A DNA stretch of 64,000 bases, from positions 12,753 to 76,752 of the forward strand of contig JAPLVL010000001.1 of assembly GCA_026397135.1 (NCBI GenBank). The letters run 5' to 3'. Each line of letters opens with the position of its first letter. Positions within the stretch are counted from its first letter, which is position 1. The translations under genes were made by a program, and so were the position numbers. Shown here piece after piece: positions 1-8,863 of this stretch. The notes under the pieces are model-generated. The model was given only the letters and a program-made list of their open reading frames with translations, did no database searches and was not told the DNA's origin. This DNA is from Candidatus Berkelbacteria bacterium. GTDB taxonomy: Bacteria > Patescibacteriota > UBA1384 > XYA2-FULL-43-10 > 1-14-0-10-43-13.

Positions 1-176
1 GTTGTGGTGGTGTGGGCATGGCTGCCCACCAGAGCTTCGGCACGATGCGGAAAGAGCATTTCAAGTTCTTCCCTGCAAAGCATTCCGCCATGCAAAAGCT
101 TCCAATACAGCGTCTCTTCGCTGCATTCAGATTGCGAGTGGCTTGAATAAAGATCAACCATCAAAAGCCTCCTTTG
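1..176 (-). CDS. Hypothetical protein, N-terminal ~58 codons only; the gene continues beyond the window start
   Basis: Minus-strand ATG at ~176 preceded by AGGAGG RBS. An ORF under 60 aa before the window edge is not in the ORF track. Translation begins MVDLYSSHSQSECSEETLYWKLL. Confidence 0.3.
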
Positions 177-194
177 TCTGGAGTATAGTTTGAT

Positions 195-223
195 ATTTTA
201 CATTATTTAAATATTTCTGTCAA
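195..223 (-). promoter_or_regulatory. Sigma70-like promoter (TTGACA - 17 nt - TAAAAT) on the minus strand, driving the partial gene at 1..176
   Basis: Reverse complement of tgtcaa at ~218-223 and of atttta at ~195-200, with a 17-nt spacer. Confidence 0.4.
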
Positions 224-243
224 CACAAAAATAGCCACCTCGT

Positions 244-1212
244 TTACTCTTTGATGATTTCGTCCCGAGACAAAAGACCCTTTTGGGCTCCAATATATTG
301 AATCACCGATCCGGAGTTGGCAATTCCCCAGTCTAGCGATTCTTCGATAATTTTAGCTGAGATATCTTCGTCTGAAATAATAACCCGTCCCAAAAATCCG
401 GTAGCAAAAGCATCTCCTGCTCCAGTCGAATCAACTTTCTTGATATGCAAATCTGGAACTTTGTGATAAAAATCGGTCCCGTCATAAACTGTTGCGCCCT
501 CTTTGCCATTTGTGATTACAACTATCTTGACGCCTAGACGTTGCAAACCCTTTGCTGCTTCTTCGATCTGAGGTCGAATCGGAAAATTCAAAAATTTGAT
601 CGCCTCTTCACGATTCAAAAACAAAATTGAGGTACAATGCAGCAAATGGCGGTAATGATTCGCTCCCTTGGCAATCTGTTTTGATCCAGGATTCCAAGCA
701 AATTTAGCACCATGCTCAGCAACTTCTTCGACCACTCTCTTCTCTACGTCATCCGTATTGTCTCCCAGAGAAGTCATGAAAAGCCAATTCGCATGCACTC
801 CCTTCTTGATTTTCAATTCAGAATAGTCCCTAAGCCCATGATAGACGAAAACAGTTCGCTCGCCGTCAATAGAAAATATAACCGAAAAACCGGTTTGATT
901 TTTCGAGCTGATCAAAATCTGATTTGTATCAACATCTTCATCAATTAATTTATCAATCACTTTAGTCTTGGGCGAGTCATCCCCCAAAGTGGTTGCCAGA
1001 GCGGTTTTGAGTCCAAGTCTAGAAAGCCCAACCGCAATATTACATGCCGAACCGCCGACTTCGTATTGAACCGACTTGAGCGGAATTTTTTCGCCAAATT
1101 CAAATGCAATCCCTTTGCCCGATGCGAAAGTTCGGTCGTAGTGAATATCCATCTCCGGTTCGACAAAAACATCTTCAAACGCATCACCAATTGTCAAAAC
1201 ATCGTATTTCAT
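244..1212 (-). CDS. PfkB/ribokinase-family carbohydrate kinase
   Basis: 322 aa. Carries the DSTGAGDAF ATP-binding signature near the C-terminus and a GG dipeptide region typical of the ribokinase fold. Confidence 0.8.
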   Translation of the reverse strand: MKYDVLTIGDAFEDVFVEPEMDIHYDRTFASGKGIAFEFGEKIPLKSVQYEVGGSACNIAVGLSRLGLKTALATTLGDDSPKTKVIDKLIDEDVDTNQILISSKNQTGFSVIFSIDGERTVFVYHGLRDYSELKIKKGVHANWLFMTSLGDNTDDVEKRVVEEVAEHGAKFAWNPGSKQIAKGANHYRHLLHCTSILFLNREEAIKFLNFPIRPQIEEAAKGLQRLGVKIVVITNGKEGATVYDGTDFYHKVPDLHIKKVDSTGAGDAFATGFLGRVIISDEDISAKIIEESLDWGIANSGSVIQYIGAQKGLLSRDEIIKE

Positions 1213-1809
1213 TTATTGCGATACCTTCAAACTTTCTATCATTTTGTAAAGTCGGGCCAGATCATCATCGAGATTGCTCTGGTCTGTATTTAGCGAGAAA
1301 TAAGCGCTCGCTTTGCTGTCAAAGGTAGCGAAGCAATCAACTTCTATTCTACTATCTTTGGGGGACTGCGCGCAGCGATATTGCCCGCCCTCTATGCTGT
1401 TATTTTCGACAATGAATTTTTGAAACCCGAGTGTTGACTGAAATCGACTGTCAAAAAATTTGATGTCTTTCTTGCTGACAGCACTTTTGGCTGGAAAAAT
1501 AAAAATTGAGACCGTTCGCGCCTTCTTGCCAAACCAATTTTGGACCGCTTTGTCGCTCTCAGCAGTTTTCTTCTCGCTTGCGCTTGGATAAAGCAAAAAT
1601 GCTGAATTGCTGTCAGCCTTCTCCTCGGCGAGCCAATTGTGTGGGATAGAAACCGTCGCAAGATTAGCACTATCGGCAGATTTGAGAGTGACGACCTTCG
1701 TCTGGAAATAGTACAAAAGTCCACCTGTGACCAAAAGCGCGAAAACTACTAAACCCACAACCAGATACTTGAACTTCTGAGCCGTTTTTTTCTCTTCTTC
1801 TTCCATCAT
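1213..1809 (-). CDS. Membrane-anchored hypothetical protein (single N-terminal TM helix)
   Basis: 198 aa. Hydrophobic segment LVVGLVVFALLVTGGLLYY after a charged N-terminus. Overlaps the neighbouring genes by 1-4 nt, so it is operonic. Confidence 0.5.
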   Translation of the reverse strand: MMEEEEKKTAQKFKYLVVGLVVFALLVTGGLLYYFQTKVVTLKSADSANLATVSIPHNWLAEEKADSNSAFLLYPSASEKKTAESDKAVQNWFGKKARTVSIFIFPAKSAVSKKDIKFFDSRFQSTLGFQKFIVENNSIEGGQYRCAQSPKDSRIEVDCFATFDSKASAYFSLNTDQSNLDDDLARLYKMIESLKVSQ

Positions 1810-2621
1810 GCCCCCCTAAACAATTTAATATATTGCAAAACTACTTTTTCGACATGTGCCATCGCATCTTCCATCGCAACACGATAATCAGTCTCGTCAG
1901 AGCTCTCCAGCGCAGAAGTGAAGGCTTTTCTAATATTAGTGTCAATATTGAACTTTGCAACTCCGATTCCCATAGCATGGCGGATATCGCCATGTGAGAG
2001 CCCAGATGCACCGTGCATCACGAGTGGAATTTCTACAACATTAGAAATTCGCTCCAGGAGAGACAAATCCAATTTTTCGCCCTCAGGTGCACCATGCTCA
2101 TTGCCGACTGAGATCGCGATACTATCTACCCCTGTCTCTTCTACAAATTTTACCACCTCGGGAGGCCCTGAATATACTGCCTTGCCCGATAACCGCCCAC
2201 CCTCCTCTCGGCCAATAATTCCAACCTCGGCTTCGACAGAAACTCCAAACTTGTGGGCGTAATCAACGACCTTTTCGGTCATCAAAATATTCTCTTCGTA
2301 TGGATATTTGGAACCATCGAACATAACTGACGAATATCCAATATCGATCGCTTGCTTCACTGTCAAGAAATCATGCGCATGGTCGAGGTGAATCCCAGCC
2401 TTGGCACCACTTGATTTGATTTCGTCGGTAATGATATCGAAGAGTTGCTTCAACCCAGCGTATTCAATTGCTCCCGGGGTCGTTTGAATCAGGATCGGAA
2501 AATCAGCTTTGCTAGCAGCACTACAAATTGCCTTCGTCACCTCGAGATTGGCAGTGTTAAACGCTCCAATTGCATATCCGTTAGCTCGAGCTTTCTTTAA
2601 TTCATGTGCAACATTTATCAT
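1806..2621 (-). CDS. fba: Class II fructose/ketose-bisphosphate aldolase
   Basis: 271 aa. N-terminus MINVAHELKKARANGYAIGAFN, a HLDHAHDF metal-binding segment and a VMFDGS motif are typical of class II FBA/TagBP aldolases. Confidence 0.85.
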   Translation of the reverse strand: MINVAHELKKARANGYAIGAFNTANLEVTKAICSAASKADFPILIQTTPGAIEYAGLKQLFDIITDEIKSSGAKAGIHLDHAHDFLTVKQAIDIGYSSVMFDGSKYPYEENILMTEKVVDYAHKFGVSVEAEVGIIGREEGGRLSGKAVYSGPPEVVKFVEETGVDSIAISVGNEHGAPEGEKLDLSLLERISNVVEIPLVMHGASGLSHGDIRHAMGIGVAKFNIDTNIRKAFTSALESSDETDYRVAMEDAMAHVEKVVLQYIKLFRGA

Positions 2622-2658
2622 TTTACCTCTTGCGTTTATTTAATTTACCAATCCCAGA

Positions 2659-2766
2659 TTATCTGCCTGCCAATTTTATTATTGTAACCACAATCACAGC
2701 CAAAACAGCGACCAATACCATCGCCGCGAGAAGTTCAATCAGAGAAAACGCTCTACTGCTCTTCAC
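2659..2766 (-). CDS. Micro-ORF (35 aa) that is entirely a prepilin-type N-terminal domain
   Basis: GGAGGG SD, 5-nt spacer, GTG start. Translation VKSSRAFSLIELLAAMVLVAVLAVIVVTIIKLAGR* matches the class-III signal / methylation motif (K/R-x-x-[GA]-F-[ST]-L-I-E-L-L + hydrophobic helix). Below the 60-aa cutoff of the ORF track. Confidence 0.45.
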   Translation of the reverse strand: MKSSRAFSLIELLAAMVLVAVLAVIVVTIIKLAGR

Positions 2767-2830
2767 AAACCCTCCTACTTTATTCTCGCTATTCAACCAG
2801 TTTGATAACTTTATAACTTGATAAACTTAT

Positions 2831-3952
2831 TTATTTCAACGCTTCGATTCCGGGCAATTTCTCGCCAGCCAAGAATTCCAATGCAGCTCCGCCACCAGTC
2901 GAAATGAAGCTAATATTCTTGTCTAATCCCTCTGATTTGACGAAACCAACCGTATCACCGCCGGCAATTACACTTGTCTTACCCACAAGCTGTGACATTG
3001 CTTTTGCGACTGCGAGCGAACCATCACGATATTTCTCCGATTCAGTATAGCCGAGATTTCCATTCCAAAGCACAGTCTCAGCTCCTTTGATGATCTCCGC
3101 AAATTTTTTCTGTGCATCTGGACCAATATCCATAATCTTCCATTTGCCACCGCTCTGCTCTTCCTTCAGCGAATCAATCGGCAAGATGATTTTCTTTGAT
3201 AATTTCTTCAGCATCTTCTCACAATCAGCCACCATTTCTGTATCATAAACAGATTCGCTAATCTCTTCACCCCTTGCCTTCAAGAAGGTATTTGCCACTC
3301 CTCCACCGATCAAAATCTTGTCAGCTTTCGGCGCCAATTTCTCAATCATGCCTGCTTTGTCTTTAATTTTAACACCGCCAACTACGATAATAAAGGGCTT
3401 TTTCGGACTCTCAATAATCTTGCCCAGATTTTCAATCTCGCTTTGCAAAAGTAATCCAGCAAAACTAGGCAAGAACTTAGTAATTGCTTCGACTGAAGCA
3501 TTGGCACGATGGCTGACAGCAAAAGCATCGTTAACATAAACATCAGCGTATTGCGCTAGCTCCTTCGCAAATCCTGCATCGTTTTCTTCTTCCCGCTTGT
3601 CCCAGCGCAAATTTTCCAATACCAAGATACCGCCAGGCTGAAGCGATTCGACCAGTTTTTCGACAGGAGCACCAAAAATTCCCGGCGCCATCGCCACCTT
3701 CAAATTCAGCATCCGCTGCAATTCCCTAGCAACCGGAGCGATTGAAGTCTCTTCGCTCGGCTTACCCTCTGGACGACCCAGATGAGTTCCAATAATTAAT
3801 TTGCACCGACTTTCGACTAGATATTTAATTGTCGGCAAAACGGCACGAATTCGGTTCAAATCGGAAATTTCTCCATCTTTGACCGGCACATTGAAATCAA
3901 CTCGCAAAAAAACTCTTTTGTCAGCTACTTCGGCCTCTTGAACTAATTTCAT
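2831..3952 (-). CDS. pgk: Phosphoglycerate kinase
   Basis: 373 aa. VFLRVDFNVP N-terminal signature and a GGGA..LEF..G.KLPG C-terminal hinge motif. Confidence 0.9.
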   Translation of the reverse strand: MKLVQEAEVADKRVFLRVDFNVPVKDGEISDLNRIRAVLPTIKYLVESRCKLIIGTHLGRPEGKPSEETSIAPVARELQRMLNLKVAMAPGIFGAPVEKLVESLQPGGILVLENLRWDKREEENDAGFAKELAQYADVYVNDAFAVSHRANASVEAITKFLPSFAGLLLQSEIENLGKIIESPKKPFIIVVGGVKIKDKAGMIEKLAPKADKILIGGGVANTFLKARGEEISESVYDTEMVADCEKMLKKLSKKIILPIDSLKEEQSGGKWKIMDIGPDAQKKFAEIIKGAETVLWNGNLGYTESEKYRDGSLAVAKAMSQLVGKTSVIAGGDTVGFVKSEGLDKNISFISTGGGAALEFLAGEKLPGIEALK

Positions 3953-4067
3953 CTTTCTCCAATTCTTAACTTTGATTTAATTTTAGCACTCAATCTTTTC
4001 ACAATCAAATGGCTTGCCCTCTGGACAAAAAATAGAGTAGAATAAAGATAGAAAATATCGGAGGGAA

Positions 4068-5033
4068 ATGAAATCAGTTGTCTCTATTCATCAGCTCGGT
4101 CAGATTTTTGATTTTATCAAAAAGGATTATCGTGTTCTCGGGACGAAGGAGGAAAACGGTAAGCCTATTTTCGGCGAAATCTCTAGCGCAAGAGAAATCC
4201 TAATCCCGACACCCAAGACGATTTTGCCTTTCAAAAAACTGATCTACCCTGCAATACTCGACCTGGCCAAAACGGAAAACGGAAAACCGGTCGCATTTTT
4301 CGGTATGACAAATTGTGATGCCGAAGCTCTCTGCGTCTTTTTGGACAAATTCAAAGACACCGGCCTCGTACCTCCGTTTAGAAATATCCTGGTAATTTCG
4401 ACGACCTGTGTCCCCGATGAAAATTGTTTCTGCACAGCCTTTGGCAACGGAAAAATTACAAATTTTGATCTCCACATCACCAAAGAAAAGGATCAGTACG
4501 CAATCTTCTCCGGTTCTGCGCTGGGGCGGAAAATTCTCAAACTGAACCGAATCAAAGTTTCAAATACTATATCGAAACCAACTGCAGTCAAGCTAGAAAA
4601 TGTCAGGAAAATCCAGTTAGAAAAACTAGGCAAGGCAATCGACGACAAAACCGGAAAACTGCCCTTCTGGCAGGAAATTGCAGACGAGTGTTTCGGCTGC
4701 GGCGCTTGTACTGCCGTCTGCCCGCTTTGTTTTTGCACCGGCAAAGACTTTGAAAATGATGCCGAGGGCGGCTGCAAACATTGCCTCAAATGGGATTCTT
4801 GCTATGCCAAAAGTTTCTCCGAAATTCAAAACCATTTCGACCTGCGCCCAAGCAATGTCAATCGGCTTTACAACTGGTATCATCACAAATTCGTCCGCTC
4901 ACCCAAGGAGGACGGCGAGATCCTCTGTACCGGTTGCGGCCGCTGTATCAAAGCCTGCCCTGCGTATCTGAACCAACATCGAATCATCGAAACTGTCCAA
5001 AATTATACAAAAGTAATCGACAAAAGCAAATAA
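4068..5033 (+). CDS. hydB: [NiFe] hydrogenase (group 3b-like) beta subunit, 2x[4Fe-4S] ferredoxin-like
   Basis: 321 aa. Two CxxCxxCxxxCP-type motifs (CFGCGACTAVCPLC and CTGCGRCIKACPAY). First gene of the beta-gamma-delta-alpha string. RBS GGAGGG before the ATG. Confidence 0.7.
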   Translation: MKSVVSIHQLGQIFDFIKKDYRVLGTKEENGKPIFGEISSAREILIPTPKTILPFKKLIYPAILDLAKTENGKPVAFFGMTNCDAEALCVFLDKFKDTGLVPPFRNILVISTTCVPDENCFCTAFGNGKITNFDLHITKEKDQYAIFSGSALGRKILKLNRIKVSNTISKPTAVKLENVRKIQLEKLGKAIDDKTGKLPFWQEIADECFGCGACTAVCPLCFCTGKDFENDAEGGCKHCLKWDSCYAKSFSEIQNHFDLRPSNVNRLYNWYHHKFVRSPKEDGEILCTGCGRCIKACPAYLNQHRIIETVQNYTKVIDKSK

Positions 5034-5044
5034 TCAATTCCAAA

Positions 5045-5854
5045 ATGCCAAACCAAGATTCAAAATTTAAATATACTTCATACGAAATTATCAAAAAGGA
5101 AGAGATGATGCCTGGCATGTTTCTCTTCCGATTGAAGGGTCGACTTGATTTCAAGCCCGGTCAATTTGTCCAAGCTGCGCTTGAACATTTCGGCGAAGGG
5201 ACATTTGCCCCCTGCTCCGATCCAAACCAAAAAGATTATTTCGAACTTTGCATCCGTGGTTGCGGTTCGACCTCAAACGGGCTAATCACTCTTTTGCCCG
5301 GTGATGAAATGCTCGTCAGGGGTCCTTACGGAAATGGCTGGCCAATCAAGAAACTCTGGTACAAAGACACTCTCCTGATCGCCGGCGGTATGGGGCTGGT
5401 CCCACTGCGACCGCTAATCTTCGAGATGCTACGAAGCAAGATCAACTTCGACAAAATCACTCTGGTTGCTGGCTTCAAGACAGATGAACATTTGCTTTTC
5501 TCACATGATTTGGAAATCTGGCGCAAGAAGTTATCCAAGGTCATCCCAGTAGTCGAAATCGGCAGCAAAAATTTCTGGGGTGAAATCGGAATGATCACCG
5601 AACCGCTCAAAAATCTAGTCTTCAACAAGAAAAAGACAATCGCTCTGATTTGCGGACCAGAAGTGATGGTGCCATTCGTCAACCAAGTTTTGGAGGAAAA
5701 AGGTCTCCCTCACAACCAAATTTATATTTCCTACGAGCGCCGAATGGAGTGCGGGATCGGCATCTGCCAACATTGCAATATTGGCAGCCACTTGGTCTGC
5801 AAAGACGGACCGATCTTCCGATACGATCAGATAAAGGAAGAGGTGGGCAAATGA
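5045..5854 (+). CDS. hydG: Hydrogenase gamma subunit: FAD/NAD(P)-binding oxidoreductase with C-terminal [2Fe-2S] (PyrK/FNR-like)
   Basis: Track ORF 4781..5854. Its first 88 codons overlap hydB in another frame, so the start is taken at ATG 5045 (MPNQDSK). FNR-like FAD region, LIAGGMGLVP NAD-binding motif, and C-terminal CGIGICQHCN...C cluster. Confidence 0.75.
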   Translation: MPNQDSKFKYTSYEIIKKEEMMPGMFLFRLKGRLDFKPGQFVQAALEHFGEGTFAPCSDPNQKDYFELCIRGCGSTSNGLITLLPGDEMLVRGPYGNGWPIKKLWYKDTLLIAGGMGLVPLRPLIFEMLRSKINFDKITLVAGFKTDEHLLFSHDLEIWRKKLSKVIPVVEIGSKNFWGEIGMITEPLKNLVFNKKKTIALICGPEVMVPFVNQVLEEKGLPHNQIYISYERRMECGIGICQHCNIGSHLVCKDGPIFRYDQIKEEVGK

Positions 5855-6567
5855 AAAAATCACTCGCCATATTTTCACTTACCTCCTGTGAGGGCTGTCA
5901 ATTCGAAATGTTAAATCACTACGAAACTTTCAACGGACTCCTAAAATACTTCGAGATCAAAAATTTTCGTCTAGGACAAGAAAATAATTTTGACGAAAAT
6001 TTCGACATTGCCATCATCGAAGGTAGCGCCGACGGCGAAGAACAAATTAAATTTTTGAAAAAAATACGCAAACAATCCAAGGTGATTGTCGCCATCGGTG
6101 CCTGCGCTCATCTAGGGGGCATTCAGTCCGAACGCAACAGTTTGCCACAGGGAATCTTCCACAAAAAACCGACCAAGATAGTCCCTGCTGTGATAAAAAC
6201 CGAATATATCATTCCGGGCTGTCCCATAAATCACGCGGAACTTTATCATTGTCTTTTGGATATTTACTGGGGCAAACAGTTTTTTCTGCCTGATTTAGCC
6301 GTTTGTTTCGAGTGTCGAGTGAATGAAAATGAATGTTTGATCAAATCTGGCAAACCCTGTCTTGGTCCAATCACCAGAAGCGGCTGCAACTCTGTCTGTG
6401 TCAACGCTGGCGAAGCTTGTCTCGGCTGCCGTGGAGCCAAACCAGAGCCAAACATCGAGAAATTGAAAAAAATCCTTGAGCCAATGATTGGAGAAAAAGA
6501 AACTGAAAATATAATGACAATTTATGGAGACTTAACAAATGAAATCGACCCCAGTGCAAAAAAATAA
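5851..6567 (+). CDS. hydD: [NiFe] hydrogenase small (delta) subunit
   Basis: Track ORF 5650..6567. Real start taken at ATG 5851 (MKKSLAIFSLTSCEGCQ), which overlaps the hydG stop (ATGA). Proximal-cluster Cys motif CEGC, then GxCA..GG and a C-terminal Cys pattern typical of group-3 small subunits. Confidence 0.75.
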   Translation: MKKSLAIFSLTSCEGCQFEMLNHYETFNGLLKYFEIKNFRLGQENNFDENFDIAIIEGSADGEEQIKFLKKIRKQSKVIVAIGACAHLGGIQSERNSLPQGIFHKKPTKIVPAVIKTEYIIPGCPINHAELYHCLLDIYWGKQFFLPDLAVCFECRVNENECLIKSGKPCLGPITRSGCNSVCVNAGEACLGCRGAKPEPNIEKLKKILEPMIGEKETENIMTIYGDLTNEIDPSAKK

Positions 6568-6853
6568 GATTCTTTCGCTAAGAAATCCGATAGTAATAAT
6601 CGTGATAGTGCTCCTTCTGATTTGGCTTTGTCCAAAACCATATTCACTATCAACAAACATCGTATCTATACCCAAATCTAGTCCTGGAAATAGCATTTCA
6701 AATCTAATCTATGAACAAGAGAGTTCCGGCTGGTGTATCGGAATCATTTATCCGGAAAAATCAAAATCTGATGTGCTTGGATTCAAGCTGGAAACTACCG
6801 GACTTGATTGTATCGGATTTCGTTTGCAGAAAAAGGGCCAGATTGCGCTTTAA
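6539..6853 (+). CDS. Hypothetical small membrane protein (doubtful)
   Basis: 104 aa with one TM segment. Overlaps the hydD 3' end and lies just outside the left inverted repeat of the GIY-YIG element. Confidence 0.25.
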   Translation: MKSTPVQKNKILSLRNPIVIIVIVLLLIWLCPKPYSLSTNIVSIPKSSPGNSISNLIYEQESSGWCIGIIYPEKSKSDVLGFKLETTGLDCIGFRLQKKGQIAL

Positions 6854-6885
6854 ACAATAAGAAGTAATTACCAATACACAAATAA

Positions 6886-7256
6886 ATAGTCATTCTGAGC
6901 CGATCTAGCTTGGAGGCGAAGAATCTAGCGAAGCGCAAAATGTTTGTTTACATTATCACAAACTATAAAAATAATGTTTTCTATATTGGCGTCACGAATA
7001 ATCTGACAAGACGAATATATGAACACAAAAATAAGTTATTTAGCAATTCCTTTTCCAGTAGATACAACTTATACAAATTAATTTGGTTCGAGGAGTTCAA
7101 TACTGCAATTGAAGCAATTACCGCTGAGAAAAAAAGGGATGGAAACGAGAAAGAAAAATTGAGATGATCAAGAAAACAAATCCCAATTTTCAGGAAATTG
7201 AATCTTATTAGTTTACGCTTCGCTAGATCCTTCGCAAGAACACTCAGGATGACTAT
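6886..7256. mobile_element. GIY-YIG gene-carrying element bounded by ~45-bp imperfect terminal inverted repeats, inserted between hydD and hydA
   Basis: Left end atagtcattctgagccgatctagcttggaggcgaagaatctagcgaagcg (~6886-6935). The reverse complement of the right end (~7216-7256) is atagtcatcctgagtgttcttgcgaaggatctagcgaagcgt. The termini share ATAGTCATYCTGAG and GCGAAGRATCTAGCGAAGCG. Confidence 0.6.
6940..7167 (+). CDS. GIY-YIG (URI-domain) nuclease superfamily protein, COG2827-like
   Basis: MFVYIITNYKNNVFYIGVTNNLTRRIYEHKN has the GIY...YIG...R...EH signature. The track ORF begins at 6910, but the ATG at 6940 follows the left inverted repeat directly. Confidence 0.65.
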   Translation: MFVYIITNYKNNVFYIGVTNNLTRRIYEHKNKLFSNSFSSRYNLYKLIWFEEFNTAIEAITAEKKRDGNEKEKLR

Positions 7257-7297
7257 TCAAGAGTCAACATTATCTGAAATTTAAATAAGGTAAAACA

Positions 7298-7606
7298 ATG
7301 GACAAGAATATCAAATTGATCAAGACTTTAATGATAATTATTGCCACCATCGACTCGATCGCAGCGATTGTCATATTTATCGGTATTAACCTTCTGGGAA
7401 ATATTGATTGCAGTTTGCCCCAAAAACCATGCTCAACCGAGTATTGGCCACTTTTGCTTTTATTGCCAACCATCATCTACACCATTGCTTCGCTCCAGAA
7501 GAACAAGATAGTTGGTATTGTCCTGAAATCAATAAGTATTCCCTTTTTGATAATATTCTTTCTTGTAACCTTAAATTACTTGTTAATGGCCAAAATAGGA
7601 AGGTAA
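7298..7606 (+). CDS. Hypothetical integral membrane protein (3 predicted TM helices)
   Basis: 102 aa, strongly hydrophobic. RBS aaggtaaaacaATG. Lies between the GIY-YIG element and hydA. Confidence 0.4.
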   Translation: MDKNIKLIKTLMIIIATIDSIAAIVIFIGINLLGNIDCSLPQKPCSTEYWPLLLLLPTIIYTIASLQKNKIVGIVLKSISIPFLIIFFLVTLNYLLMAKIGR

Positions 7607-7609
7607 AAA

Positions 7610-8860
7610 ATGGAAACAGCTGTTCCCAAAATTGAAGGTCATGCCGCATTTTATACTCATTTAAAGAGTGGCCATGTCGATAAAGCTAGAATCATCGGAC
7701 TCGAAAATGATCGTTTCGTTGAGAGAATTTTGGTTGGAAGAAAATACTGGGAAGCACCGATAATTACTTCTCGCATTTGCGGAATTTGCCCAGTTATCCA
7801 CAACATCACCTCGACAAGAGCGATAGAGAATGCCTGCAACATCGAAGTGAGCAATCAGACAATTCTACTCCGGAAGCTGATGCTAGCAGGACAGATGGTC
7901 CAGAGCCATTCTCTCCATCTCTACCTTCTGGTTTTGCCTGATTTTGTCGGAGCAAGTTCCTCCTTCGAGTTACAAAGGGATCATCCTGAGATTTTTCAGA
8001 ACGCAATTGAATTGAAGAAATATGCTGACAGAATTATCGAGACTGTCGGCGGCCGAGCCGTTCATCCCGTCGCTTCCGTTCCTGGCGGCTTCAAATCTTT
8101 CCCCACCAAGGAGAAGATTACTGCCCTAATTCCAATTGGGCAGAAGACAACAGAGATTGCCGAAACAACTCTCCGACTTTTTGCTACATTTAAGTATCCA
8201 CAGTTGAAACGAGAGATAATCTCGAGTGCATTATATCTTGATCACGAATACGCAATCTACAATGGCGATATCTGGAACAGTAAAGGCGATATTTTCAAAG
8301 CAGAGAAATATCATGACTACATTTATGAGGAGCTAAAACCTTACACTCGGGCAAAATTCGGAACACTCAAGGGATACGAGATGGTCGTCGGCGCTGCCGC
8401 CAGACTCAATATCAACGGTTTCAAAAACCTAAGCCCAAAAACACAGGAGCTGATTGAGGAATTTAATATTACGCTTCCACTTAATAATCCGTTTGATAAT
8501 ATTATGGCTCAGGCAATCGAGAATCATCACTTCGCCGCGCAATCAGTCGAGCTTTTGGAGTATTTCCAGAAAACAGGTGTCAAAAATGAAAAATTAGTTG
8601 TACCCTCCGATTTTGGCAAAGGCACCGCCGCTTGTGAGGCTCCGCGAGGAACACTTTTTCATTATTACAATCTCGACAAAGATGGATTTATCGAAAAGTG
8701 TGACATTATCACACCTACAGTTCAGACCCTGCCCGCAATAGAATTTGACCTAAAGAATCTCTCACCTCTTCTCAAGGATCTATCTCCATCCGAGAGAAGC
8801 ACTCTGATCGAAACCTTGATTCGAGCATATGACCCCTGCATTACCTGTGCCACACATTAA
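7610..8860 (+). CDS. hydA: [NiFe] hydrogenase large (alpha) subunit; ends exactly at the L5 motif histidine
   Basis: 416 aa. N-terminal RICGICPVIH (RxCGxC L1 motif). C-terminal DPCITCATH followed directly by the stop codon, so there is no C-terminal extension. Confidence 0.85.
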   Translation: METAVPKIEGHAAFYTHLKSGHVDKARIIGLENDRFVERILVGRKYWEAPIITSRICGICPVIHNITSTRAIENACNIEVSNQTILLRKLMLAGQMVQSHSLHLYLLVLPDFVGASSSFELQRDHPEIFQNAIELKKYADRIIETVGGRAVHPVASVPGGFKSFPTKEKITALIPIGQKTTEIAETTLRLFATFKYPQLKREIISSALYLDHEYAIYNGDIWNSKGDIFKAEKYHDYIYEELKPYTRAKFGTLKGYEMVVGAAARLNINGFKNLSPKTQELIEEFNITLPLNNPFDNIMAQAIENHHFAAQSVELLEYFQKTGVKNEKLVVPSDFGKGTAACEAPRGTLFHYYNLDKDGFIEKCDIITPTVQTLPAIEFDLKNLSPLLKDLSPSERSTLIETLIRAYDPCITCATH

Positions 8861-8863
8861 AAG

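Noticed and set aside
4781-5044. 5' part of track ORF 4781..5854 (first 88 codons) as an N-terminal extension of the hydrogenase gamma subunit
   Set aside because: It overlaps the hydB coding sequence in another frame and has low-complexity content. A good ATG at 5045 directly follows the hydB stop.
5650-5850. 5' part of track ORF 5650..6567 as an extension of the hydrogenase small subunit
   Set aside because: It overlaps the hydG 3' end. The conserved small-subunit N-terminus begins at the internal Met 5851 (ATGA overlap with the hydG stop).
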